From Patescibacteria group bacterium (GTDB taxonomy: Bacteria; Patescibacteriota; Microgenomatia; CAYGWK01), in assembly GCA_049322615.1 (NCBI GenBank), contig JBMORX010000010.1, forward strand, positions 25,416-89,415: DNA of 64,000 nt, in the 5' to 3' direction. The translations under genes and the position numbers were made by a program. A model generated the notes under the pieces. That model made no database searches and was not told the DNA's origin. It was given only the letters and a program-made list of their open reading frames with translations. Below are positions 28,806 to 38,354 of this stretch, piece after piece (positions within the stretch are counted from its first letter, which is position 1; the number at the start of each line of letters is the position of its first letter).

Positions 28806-28877
28806 GGGTCGGTAGTTCACCGGTAGAACGCTTACCTGATAAGTAAGAAGTAGATGGTTCGACTCCATCCCGACCCA
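28806..28877 (+). tRNA. tRNA-Ile (GAU)
   Basis: GGGTCGG/CCGACCC acceptor; anticodon stem CTTAC/GTAAG with loop CTGATAA; T-loop TTCGACT. Confidence 0.85.
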
Positions 28878-28923
28878 CAGTTTTGAAGAAGAAGGCGAAT
28901 CGGGAAGGGCGCTCCGCTCCAAA

Positions 28924-28952
28924 TTAGCCTCTTGACAAAAAATCGCACGTGC
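28924..28952 (+). promoter_or_regulatory. sigma70-like promoter (TTGACA-16/17-GATAAT) with an internal CGCACGTGCG palindrome
   Basis: cTTGACAaaaaatcgcacgtgcgATAATTtg, upstream of ORF 29209. Confidence 0.5.
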
Positions 28953-29208
28953 GATAATTTGTCAATAAATTAGCCTCAAAATTTAAAAGAAAAACCCAAA
29001 AATTCTAAAGAACAATGTTTAAAACTTTAAAGGCGCAACCGGTGGAGTCAACAAGAAATTGCTTTCCGTTGCCCGATTGCGCCATCAAAAAAAGCAATCT
29101 CCAAAATGTTGACTCCAATAACAATATACCAAAACTAAGAATAGAAAAACAAGTGGATTTCGGTACTTGAATTTTGAAAATATGATATACTTTTACTTGG
29201 AGGTAAAA

Positions 29209-29982
29209 ATGGAAAATCAAATAAGCATAGGTGATCAAAATAGCCAGCAAATTGGCCAAAATTCGATAAATCCACTTATCAGCAACAAACAGGACACAAA
29301 GCCCGTTTGGCAATCCGACGCCTTTATCATATTGACTCTATTATTATTTTGGCCAGTGGGCTTGTTTCTGATGTGGAAATATGGACCGTGGAGGAAGTTG
29401 GTAAAGTGGTTACTTACCGTATTTTTTACACTAGCGTGGTGGCCGGTCATTTTAATATTTTTGTTTATAGTTTTTCTCAAGGGGGTTGGAGTGGCCAATA
29501 AGGCTTATTACTCTCTGCCGATGGTAAAGAAAAACACTGATATTTTTTCTTGCAGTGCTGTTACCCAACCATGGGGCAAGTGTAAAAATACGGAAGTTGG
29601 TTTTTCATTCGAATATCCGGCTGACTGGTACTATAAAGTTGTAAATCCGCCAAAGGATATAGTATTTAGTGATAAGCAAGAAAAATTAGAAGAAGCTTAT
29701 ATTATTTCTCTTTACCATGATTTCTACGACACCGAAGAAAGAGCTAAAAGAAAAGAGGATGTAAACGATAAAGAACTAGTTGTAAATGGTTTATGGGCTA
29801 CTAGACATGATGTACGATCTAGTGGAATTTATGCTTCACGCGTAAAAATATTATATAATCGTACACTTTACACATTCCAAATAATGCTAACTCCCGGATT
29901 GGGAGGGAGGCAATATTCTGAAACAGAGCTGAAGAATTTTGACTCTATATTTGATCATATGTGGAACAGTTTTCAAATCTAG
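29209..29982 (+). CDS. Membrane protein (hypothetical), 2-3 TM helices plus a C-terminal domain
   Basis: RBS ggagg 8 nt upstream of MENQIS; hydrophobic FIILTLLLFWPVGLFLMW and WWPVILIFLFIVFL. Confidence 0.5.
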   Translation: MENQISIGDQNSQQIGQNSINPLISNKQDTKPVWQSDAFIILTLLLFWPVGLFLMWKYGPWRKLVKWLLTVFFTLAWWPVILIFLFIVFLKGVGVANKAYYSLPMVKKNTDIFSCSAVTQPWGKCKNTEVGFSFEYPADWYYKVVNPPKDIVFSDKQEKLEEAYIISLYHDFYDTEERAKRKEDVNDKELVVNGLWATRHDVRSSGIYASRVKILYNRTLYTFQIMLTPGLGGRQYSETELKNFDSIFDHMWNSFQI

Positions 29983-29991
29983 AAGTAATTT

Positions 29992-30210
29992 ATGAATGAC
30001 GATACACTGAAGAGCAAAGAAAAGATCATAGTTTGGATTGCAAATTTAATAAATCCTTTGATTGCCGGGTTTTTATTTTATTACTCGTGGAGGAAAAGAT
30101 TTCCAAATAAAGCAAAACAGGCAAATACAATTTCTTTTCTAGCTCTTGGGATTGACTTTATTATTTATATTTTGCTAACTAACTGGTTTAAACTAGGGAG
30201 AACGTTTTAA
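29992..30210 (+). CDS. Small membrane protein (72 aa, hypothetical)
   Basis: Two hydrophobic helices; 10 bp after the upstream stop. Confidence 0.3.
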   Translation: MNDDTLKSKEKIIVWIANLINPLIAGFLFYYSWRKRFPNKAKQANTISFLALGIDFIIYILLTNWFKLGRTF

Positions 30211-30413
30211 ATTTGCTCGGCGGAGCCGAGCAAAAATCGCGCGCGCGAAACATAAGCGAGGCCGAAGGCCGAGCCCTTCGACTGCGCTCAGGGTAAACTC
30301 CAAGATGGCGCGGCGAGTGGGCGGCGGCACTCGCGGCGCTACCCTTGAAATAAAGTCCGAATTTTTTCGTAAAGAGTCCACCGTTTCCCAAACTGCCCAA
30401 AGAGCAGTTTTTT

Positions 30414-30866
30414 ATGCGAGAAAGAGAAGACCTTAGTCAGCAAATAAGAGAAATAAAAAAAAGAGCCTTGCTCGTTCTTCAGGGGGAAAGGCGAGAGGTA
30501 ATTCTTTGGTCTTTTGGAGCACCTTTGCCCAAAGAGGTGGAAGAAGCAATTTTAGAGTTTGAAAGAGAGTATGAGGATCCTAGAAGAAATATTTTTTCCT
30601 CCGCCAGAGAAGAAGTTTATTCTGGTTTGCGAATTTGGGTTCAAACAAAAGACTATCCTCTAAAAGGTCTGTCTTCCCATCGGGATGCTGAAATTATCTT
30701 AAGACAAAAAGTTCGGAATTTTCCGGCTAGACCGCCCCATATTCCCCACCTTCCTTCCATGCCCCATCGATTTTCTCATCAAGAGGAATGGAGAGTAATT
30801 AATTTTAGTTGGCAGAGAATACTTGAACGAATTCGAGAAAAGTTGGCTTCGTTCCTTCGGGCTTAA
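30414..30866 (+). CDS. Hypothetical protein (150 aa)
   Basis: Charged N-terminus; no recognisable domain. Confidence 0.4.
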   Translation: MREREDLSQQIREIKKRALLVLQGERREVILWSFGAPLPKEVEEAILEFEREYEDPRRNIFSSAREEVYSGLRIWVQTKDYPLKGLSSHRDAEIILRQKVRNFPARPPHIPHLPSMPHRFSHQEEWRVINFSWQRILERIREKLASFLRA

Positions 30867-30932
30867 CCCTGTACAACACTTACCTGCTCCCGAATACTTC
30901 GTGTTCGCGTCGCAAGGGCGTGTATGCGGGGC

Positions 30933-30961
30933 TTGACAAGACAAAATGCCTTTGTTATAAT
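30933..30961 (+). promoter_or_regulatory. Consensus sigma70 promoter (TTGACA-17-TATAAT) upstream of the tRNA/23S/5S block
   Basis: gcTTGACAagacaaaatgcctttgtTATAATgc. Confidence 0.65.
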
Positions 30962-31118
30962 GCTTTTTAGTTAGGAGTCAGTCCTAAGTTTAATTCATGA
31001 GAAGCCTAAGAAATTTAATAAGTCGTTTAAGACAGTTTTTGCGTGGGAAATAGTTTGGGCTTTTCAAAGCACATTAAGCTGGCTCCGATAAGGAGCCATT
31101 TTGTTTCGGAGTAATCAG

Positions 31119-31244
31119 AAGACTCGGAAAACTCGGAGAATCAGGCGGTCAGATTGTCAGAAATTCTGATTATCAGATTTCTCTGATCTTTCCGACGCAC
31201 TGAGTTTTCTGATTCTCTGAAACGAGGGCCCGTAGTTCAACTGG
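31119..31244 (+). repeat. Repeat family A copy 2, followed by tRNA 5'-fragments
   Basis: Aligns with 21638-21767, including the GGGCCCGTAG(T/C)TCAA tRNA-Lys-like 5' end. Confidence 0.8.
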
Positions 31245-31293
31245 CCCCGTAAATCCGCCTTCGGCGGTAACGGGGTAAACAGAACATTTTGGG

Positions 31294-31458
31294 CCGTTAG
31301 CTCAACTGGCTAGAGCAGCCCGCCAAAAATTGTGAGAAGGGCCTATGGCGTAACGGTAGCGCATTTCGTTTGCAACGAAAAGGTTGGGAGTTCGATTCTC
31401 CCTAGGTCCACACAATTTAGGCGGGAGGTAGAGGGTTCGAATCCCTCACGGTCCACTA
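31294..31458 (+). other. tRNA-like split gene: 5' half (31294-31338) and 3' half (31411-31458) flanking a complete tRNA-Ala
   Basis: 5' half GGGCCGTTAGCTCAACTGGCTAGAGCAGCCCGCC; 3' half TAGGCGGGAGGTAGAGGGTTCGAATCCCTCACGGTCCA; the acceptor and CCCGCC/GGCGGG stems are complementary; 7-bp inverted repeat AATTGTG/CACAATT brackets the inner tRNA. Confidence 0.5.
31339..31410 (+). tRNA. tRNA-Ala (UGC)
   Basis: GGGCCTA/TAGGTCC acceptor; anticodon stem TTTCG/CGAAA with loop TTTGCAA; T-loop TTCGATT. Confidence 0.85.
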
Positions 31459-33116
31459 GCACCTTAACAATTGAAGAGAACCGCATTTATTCTAATTCAT
31501 GGCCTAATTTTTATTAAAGCAAATGGTGGATGCCTTGGTGGCAAGAGCCGAGGAAGGACGCGGCAGGTGGCGATACTCGTCGGGGAGAAACCTAGCATTC
31601 TTTGATCCGGCGGTTTCCGAATGGGGCAACCCGGCGCAGTGAAAACTGCGTCAAGCGCTGTTTCACTGCGATATTAAATAGTAAATAGTAAAAATCAAAA
31701 ATACATATTAAAATTCAAAAAGATTTTTCTCTTTAAAATTTTACTATCTATATTTACTATTTAATTTTTAATATTTGATATCGCTGCGAAGCAGCGTTGG
31801 GGAACCACCCGAACTGAAACATCTAAGTAGGGTGAGGAAAAGATAGAGCTTGTGCTTCGCACAAGTTTCCGAATGAATCCGAATGCTTTTCATTGGTCTA
31901 AAATCTATTCGGATAAATTCGGATGAAGAACTTGACTTGAAAGTTAGTTTCAACATCCGAATAAATCCGAATAAACAAAATCAAGAAAGCGTATTAGGAC
32001 TAAATTCGGATACTCGCGCGAAGCGCGAGCAGATTCCGCAAGTAGCGGTGAGCGAAAGCGGAAAAGCCTAAACTCGTGCGGAGCACGAGTTCGCTGAACT
32101 ACGCTGATTCATACGCTGAACTACGCTGAAACCTAATTTTCTTCTGCGTTAATCCGCGTCTTGATCTGCGTTTATCGGCGATCTCATGCTTCGCATGAGA
32201 GTTGGAGGACTCCAACGTGGGAGTGTCGAGGGTAGTCGAAGGACATGGAATTGTCCACCAGAGAAAGTGAAAGTCTTGTAGACGAAACCTGAAACACCCC
32301 TAGGAGCACCTAAGTACCATGGGGCAAATACCCTGTGAGAATCTGGCCGAACCATCGGCTAAGGCTAAATACTCTTGCTGACCGATAGTGTACCAGTACC
32401 GTGAGGGAAAGGTGAAAAGAAGGGTTTAAAACCTAGTGAAATAGAACCTGAAACCGTTTGCTTTCAAACAGATAGAGGCCCGGGAGTGAATTCTGTTTAC
32501 AATCTTCAGCGATTTTCAGCGTTTTGTTCAGCGTCAATCAGCGCTAATCGCTGATAAACGCGGATAACTACGCGGATTAACGCTGAAATAATTGTAGATA
32601 GTACTCACTTCCGAGCTAATATCGTGCCTATTGAAGAATGAACCGGCGAGTAACTATGTGTTGCGTTTTGGTTAATCCCATTTAAATGGGAGAAGCCGTA
32701 GCGAAAGCGAGTCTTAATAGGGCGTTAAGTAGCACATAATTGACCCGAAACCGGGCGAGCTAACCATGGGCAGGGTGAACCCGCCTAAATCGGCGAGGGG
32801 AGGCCCGAACCCGTTGCTGTTGCAATAGCATGGGATGACCGGTGGTTAGAGGTAATATGCCAAACGAGCCCGGAGATAGCTGGTTCTCCCCGAAATATAT
32901 ATAGGTATAGCCTTAATTTTAACTCCTCCTGAGGTAGAGCACTGGATGGTCTCGGCAGCGCAAGCTGTCGTGATCAACCAAACTCCGAATTCGGGGGCGA
33001 GAAATTGAGGAGTCAGAACGACCGGGCTAAGCTGGTCGCTCGAGAGGGAAACAACCCAGACTTTCGTCTAAGGTCTCAAAACTTTGGCTTAAGTGGAAAA
33101 GGAAGTATTTACCCTA

Positions 33117-33153
<37 letters not shown>

Positions 33154-34125
33154 AAAAGAAAGCGTAACAGCTCACTGGAAGACCCGTCTCGACTCAGTCG
33201 AGCCGAGGCGGATTGGGTGGGTGCGCCGAAAATTTACCGAGGCTAAAAGCCAATACCGAAGACAAAGGTTTCGTGCAGAGCACTGCTCTGCGCGAGGCAG
33301 TAGGGGAGCGTCCCGATAGCAGTGAAGTCCTTCCGCAAGGTCAGGATGGAGCTGTCGGGAGTGAGAATGCCGGTATGAGTAGCGAAAGTCCGATAAGAAT
33401 TCGGACCGCCGAAAACCCGAGGTTTCCCCCGCAATGTTCGTCAGCGGGGGGTTAGTCGGTCCTAAGCCAAGTCCCCGATTTAATCGGGGAGTAGGCGATG
33501 GAGGAGCCGTTTATATTCGGCTACAGGAAAGAAATCATTTTTAGTCGGGGATTGACAGAAATGGAAGAGCCAAGTCTCGAAATGACACGGGATTTAAGTT
33601 ATAAGGCAGTTCCGATAGGAAAATCCATCGGAACGTTTTAACCGAGTAACAAATAAGAGTCCAACCCGCAAGGGAAGGGCAATTTGGTAAGCTTTCAATT
33701 CTTGAAAAAAGATTCGCGACGAACCCGAATAGTCTTACCATTCGCCTTAGTACATTTGTACTGCGGCTTATGGAGCGACTTAACGGGTCTAGGATTTCTT
33801 TTTTACCGTACCGCAAACCGACACAGGTGGGTTGGACCAGAAGTCTAAGGCGAGCGGGAGAAGGAAGTTTGAGGAACTCGGCAAAAAATCTGGGCGTAAG
33901 CTATGCAAGATGCCCTCCCCCACACCAAATTTTGGTGTGGGGGTGCAACAAAAGATTGTTTGGCGACTGTTTAACTAAAACACAGGCCTCTGCAAAGGGT
34001 AATACCCAAGGTATAGGGGCTGAAGCCTGCCCAGTGCCGGAAGGTTATGGGGACTTGTCCTTCGGACATTTGCCCGGAGGGCGAGAAACTTAAGCCCCGG
34101 TGAACGGCAGCAGTAACTATAAACG

Positions 34126-34538
34126 AAAGTATTGTAGTTATAAAACTTGGCTATATGCTGGAAAGTCCGTCCTGAAAAAAGAATAGCATGCAGTGGTACC
34201 CTTGATACCGTGATGTTGTACTATTGTAATAGTACAGTGAAACAAAAGGCGATATAAAGGGTAAAAATCCACCTGCTGCGGACAATCAGCAGGAAAGACC
34301 AAGAAATATCAAATATAAAATATCAAAAAGTAAATATACAGATTAAAAATAAAATATTTTAATTTTGCTTTGTATTTTTGATATTTAATCTTTAATTTTT
34401 GATTTTCTTCGGAATCCTCAGAGACTATACGCCAAGGTCGCCGAATTGGCGACATGAGATAGTCCGACCTCCCAAGAGATTGGGAGAGCCGTAAACAATC
34501 GGTCTTAGGGACGTCAAACGTCCCGAGTAACAAAGTGA
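34126..34538 (+). mobile_element. Group I intron (no ORF) at the 23S 1917-type site
   Basis: Splits GTAACTATAAACG|..|GGTAGCGAAGTCCCTCGTCGGGTAAGTTCCGACC; P7 core cagagactatacgcc...gagatagtccgacc resembles the Tetrahymena CAGACUAAAUGUCGG...AUAUAGUCGGACC. Confidence 0.6.
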
Positions 34539-35137
34539 ACTGTTCGATGGTAGCGAAGTCCCTCGTCGGGTAAGTTCCGACCCGCACGAAAGGCTAAACG
34601 ACCAAACAACTGTCTTGAACTTTCACCCGGCGAAATTGAAATGGCTGTGAAGATGCGGCCTACATGCTCTTGGACAAAAAGACCCCGTGGAGCTTTACTA
34701 TAGCTTGGCATTGGGTTGGGTTTTGAAATTGTCTAGCGTAGGAGGGAGCTTGTGCGTAGCACAAGCACGCGGATAAACGCTGATTTTGACGCCGATTGAC
34801 GCTGATTTTTTTTCAGCGTTCTTCAGCGTTTTATTCAGCGTAATTCAGCGTGCTCGCGCTGCGCGCGAGCATTAATGTAACACCTCTCTTTTCAAGACTT
34901 CAATTCTTACCTATGGGCTTTGCAAACAAGCTCGGGAAAAGTGTCAGGTGGGTAGTTTGACTGGGGAAGTCGCTTGCTAAAAGGTAACGCGAGCGCACAA
35001 AGGTCGGCTTAGTCCGGATGGAAATCGGACCGAACGTGCAAAGGCGAAAGCCGGCTTGACAGTGAGACCGACAGGTCGAACTGGTGCGAAAGCAGGTCTT
35101 AGTGATCCCCCGCCTGTTCGTGGGAACGGCGGGGCTT

Positions 35138-35174
<37 letters not shown>

Positions 35175-35217
35175 GGACCCGAGAGTCCATATCGACGGTC
35201 CGGTTTGGCACCTCGAT

Positions 35218-36126
35218 AAACAAGAGTCGATTGTCGAGGTTAAACTCAGCTCATAACGGTGAAATCCTTATCATTTTAGAACCCAGCTTGAGAATGTTAA
35301 AATAAATGAGAGGACAATACCGTGGGAAGTTATTGGGAAAACAAAAACTTACAGAGACGATGGGTTCTTCTTAAGAAAGGCTTGCGATTGACACAAAAGC
35401 AGAGATCAGTGTTAATTGGTTCCTTACTTGGAGATGGAACATTGAGACGTGGCATAAGAGCAATCAATGTTAATTTTAAAGTTGAACACGGTTTGCGTCA
35501 GAAAGAATATGTTTTCTGGAAGTATCTGGTTTTCAGAAATTGGGTATTTACTGAACCTAAATTGAGTTACAGATATAGAGATAATGGGAAGAGATATTTA
35601 AAATCTTGGTGGTTTAGGACAGTTCGGCACCCTGTTTTAACCAAGTATTGGAAGCATTTTTACTCTGGCAGGAAAAAGATTATTCCAGATTTAATCGACA
35701 AACTGTTTGATTCATTGGTTTTGGCTGTTTGGGTCATGGATGACGGGTGTTATCAACACGGAAGAATTGATATTAGCACCTATGCTTTTACACTTAAAGA
35801 AATCCATCGTTTACAGGATGCATTAAGGACGGTGTTTGCTCTTGAATCTCACTATTTCAAGGATAGAGAAAAAGGTTATCGGATATATTTCTCTGTTTCG
35901 GAGACAAAGAAAGTTATAAATTTTATTCGTCCTTATATAATTCCTTCAATGCAGTATAAAATTGGTTTATCCCAACAACCCCGTAACGACTGATCCCTGA
36001 AGTATGCGCGCAAGTGCTTAATTTTGGGGTGAGATGGAAAGAATTCTTTCTTCCATCACACGCTGAGTCCTGGACTGTTTGGCCCAGGAAAGGTATAGTC
36101 TACACCATTAGTAATATTGGATTTTG
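35218..36126 (+). mobile_element. Intron with a LAGLIDADG HEG in 23S domain V (after GGCACCTCGAT)
   Basis: Exon CACCTCGAT|..|GTCGGCTCATCGCATCC. Confidence 0.65.
35322..35993 (+). CDS. LAGLIDADG homing endonuclease (double-motif, 223 aa), GTG start
   Basis: LIGSLLGDGTL and LAVWVMDDGCY motifs; RBS gagagga. Confidence 0.8.
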   Translation: MGSYWENKNLQRRWVLLKKGLRLTQKQRSVLIGSLLGDGTLRRGIRAINVNFKVEHGLRQKEYVFWKYLVFRNWVFTEPKLSYRYRDNGKRYLKSWWFRTVRHPVLTKYWKHFYSGRKKIIPDLIDKLFDSLVLAVWVMDDGCYQHGRIDISTYAFTLKEIHRLQDALRTVFALESHYFKDREKGYRIYFSVSETKKVINFIRPYIIPSMQYKIGLSQQPRND

Positions 36127-36723
36127 TGGTCGGCTCATCGCATCCTCCCGCTGAAGTAGGCGGGAAGGGTTGGACTGTTCGTCCATTAAAGCGGTACGTG
36201 AGCTGGGTTCAGAACGTCGTAAGACAGTTCGGACTCTATCCAGAGCATGCGTTGATTTCTGAGGGGAGCTCTCCTTAGTACGAGAGGACTAGGAGGGAGG
36301 AATCCCTGGTGTGTCGGCTGTTCCGTCAGGAGCATCGTCGAGTAGCCACATTCCTAGTGGATAACCGCTGAAAGCATCTCAAGTGGGAAGCCCACCCCAA
36401 GATTAGAAATCGTTAAAGACCCGTCGAAGATGACGACGTTTCCCCCTTCGCTGCTTTGCAGCTTCGGGGGGACCCCGCGTAGCTCGCAAGAGCGAAGTGG
36501 GGGATAGGCTGGAGGTTAAAGGGCAGTAATGCCTTAAGCTTACCAGTACTAATCGGTCAAAAGAATTAGGCCATGAACTAGAATAAATGAAGAGGCGTAA
36601 AAGTTTTTGCGCTTAAGCCTTTCGGTCTCCGGAGCGGACTGGAGCCACTCCTTCCCATTCCGAACAGGATAGTGAAACAGTCCAGCGACCCGTAAAATTT
36701 GCGCAATTTAAGATTTCAAAGTA

Positions 36724-36842
36724 TAATAAATATGCTTCGGTGATAAGAGCGCCGTCGAACTACTCCTTTCCATTCCGAACAGGATAGTAAAAGGCGGCAG
36801 CGGGGACGATAGTTAGACCTTGTGTTTAGCGAAAATACCTCA
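36724..36842 (+). rRNA. rrf: 5S rRNA (119 nt)
   Basis: Helix I GCTTCGG..CCGAAGC; loop C region CCATTCCGAACAGGATAGTAAAAG; followed by a T-run. Confidence 0.65.
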
Positions 36843-37187
36843 TTGCCGAAGCTTTTTTATTGCGCAAATTAACGGGTCAGGGACGTTACGAAGCTTTACG
36901 TCCCGCTGACGATAGTTCCCCGTCTAACGGGGGCGAAAATAGGTCGAGGCCGGAGGACTTGAGCGCAAAAACTTATCCCGTTGAACCGCGTGGTCACGCG
37001 GCATGGGACTTTGCGCGGCGCTTCAAAGACGTTATTCCGCTTACAGGGATATTGTTTTCCTCCCCCAAAAGGGGTAAAATTAAAAAAATCCTAAAAAGAA
37101 AGAAGGTTGAGATGGGTGGGAAAAACAAAAGTATCACAAGAAGCAAAAGTATCACGAGTATCACGGGCTAAAAAAGAACCCCAGACA

Positions 37188-38243
37188 ATGGCGGAACTCC
37201 TGGCATCCTCTTCTTATCAAATAAAAGGTTTGAAGCGTGGAGAAGAAAGAGAAGGGATTGTGACCGGGATTTCCTCAAAAGCAGTTTTTGTTGATATTGG
37301 TGCCAAAACCGAGGGACTGGTGGTTAACCGGGAGTTTGAAGCAGCGTGCGAATATATAAAAAATTTAAAAATTGGCGATAAAGTTTTAGTTTCCATAGTC
37401 TCTCCAGAAGACCATTTGGGTCAAATTCTTCTTTCCTTAAAAAGGGCGGCTTATACCTTGGCTTGGAAAAAATTTCTTGAGGCAGAGCATACCCAGGAAG
37501 AAGTCGAAGTTAAGGTATTAGAGGCAACCCCGGCTGGACTTTTAGTTGAAGCCTTTGGACTTTCAGGTTTTATTCCTCAATCACAAATCGGGAAAAGTTG
37601 CCAGGGGAAGGCAAAAGAGTTGATAGGTAAAAGACTTAAAGTAAAAGTCCTGGAGACAGACCAGCTTCAAAACCGCCTCGTCTTTTCCGAAAAGCAAGTG
37701 TCGGAGAAGGAAAAAATTGCCAAAGTAAAAAAATTTTTGGGAAAAGTGAAAATCGGACAAATTTTTGAAGGAGAAATAACTGGTTTTGTCCCTTTTGGAA
37801 TTTTTGTCCAAATAAAAGTTGACGGAGAAGAAATTGAAGGACTGGTTCATATTTCCGAAGTTTCTTGGGATAAGGTAGTTGACCCAACAGAACTTTTTAA
37901 GGAAGGAGAGAAAATCAAAGTTAAGGTGATTGGTAAGGACAAGGAGGGAGAAAGACTTTCTCTTTCACTTAAGCAAACAGTGCCTGATCCTTGGCAAGAG
38001 AAAGTTAAGAAATATCCGCCTGAGAGTATAATTTCCGGTAAAGTTTCTCGCCTTATTTCTTATGGAGCCTTTGTGGAGATAGAGGAGGGTTTAGAGGGAC
38101 TTTTACATATTTCAAAAATACCTCCGGAGACAAAAATTGATATTGGAGAGAAAATTACTTGTTTCGTTGAGAAAATTGAGCCTGAAAAAAGAAGACTTTC
38201 TTTGGGGTTGGTTTTAAAGGAAAAACCAGTAGGATATAAATAA
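37188..38243 (+). CDS. rpsA: 30S ribosomal protein S1 (4 S1 domains); an alternative TTG start at 37107 is possible
   Basis: Repeated S1 folds: GIVTGISSKAVFVDIGAKTEGLV; FEGEITGFVPFGIFVQI..GLVHISEVSW; GKVSRLISYGAFVEIEEGLEGLLHISK. Confidence 0.75.
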   Translation: MAELLASSSYQIKGLKRGEEREGIVTGISSKAVFVDIGAKTEGLVVNREFEAACEYIKNLKIGDKVLVSIVSPEDHLGQILLSLKRAAYTLAWKKFLEAEHTQEEVEVKVLEATPAGLLVEAFGLSGFIPQSQIGKSCQGKAKELIGKRLKVKVLETDQLQNRLVFSEKQVSEKEKIAKVKKFLGKVKIGQIFEGEITGFVPFGIFVQIKVDGEEIEGLVHISEVSWDKVVDPTELFKEGEKIKVKVIGKDKEGERLSLSLKQTVPDPWQEKVKKYPPESIISGKVSRLISYGAFVEIEEGLEGLLHISKIPPETKIDIGEKITCFVEKIEPEKRRLSLGLVLKEKPVGYK

Positions 38244-38354
38244 ATAAGTACCAATGTCAAATAAATACCAATAAATACAAATGACCAATAAAAAAATTGT
38301 GAATTTGACATTTGAAATTGGTATTATTTGAAATTACGAGGAGGAGCAAGCATT

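Noticed and set aside
36860-37171. ORF of 103 aa between 5S and rpsA
   Set aside because: GC-rich hairpin region with no protein-like composition; it overlaps the probable rpsA leader/start
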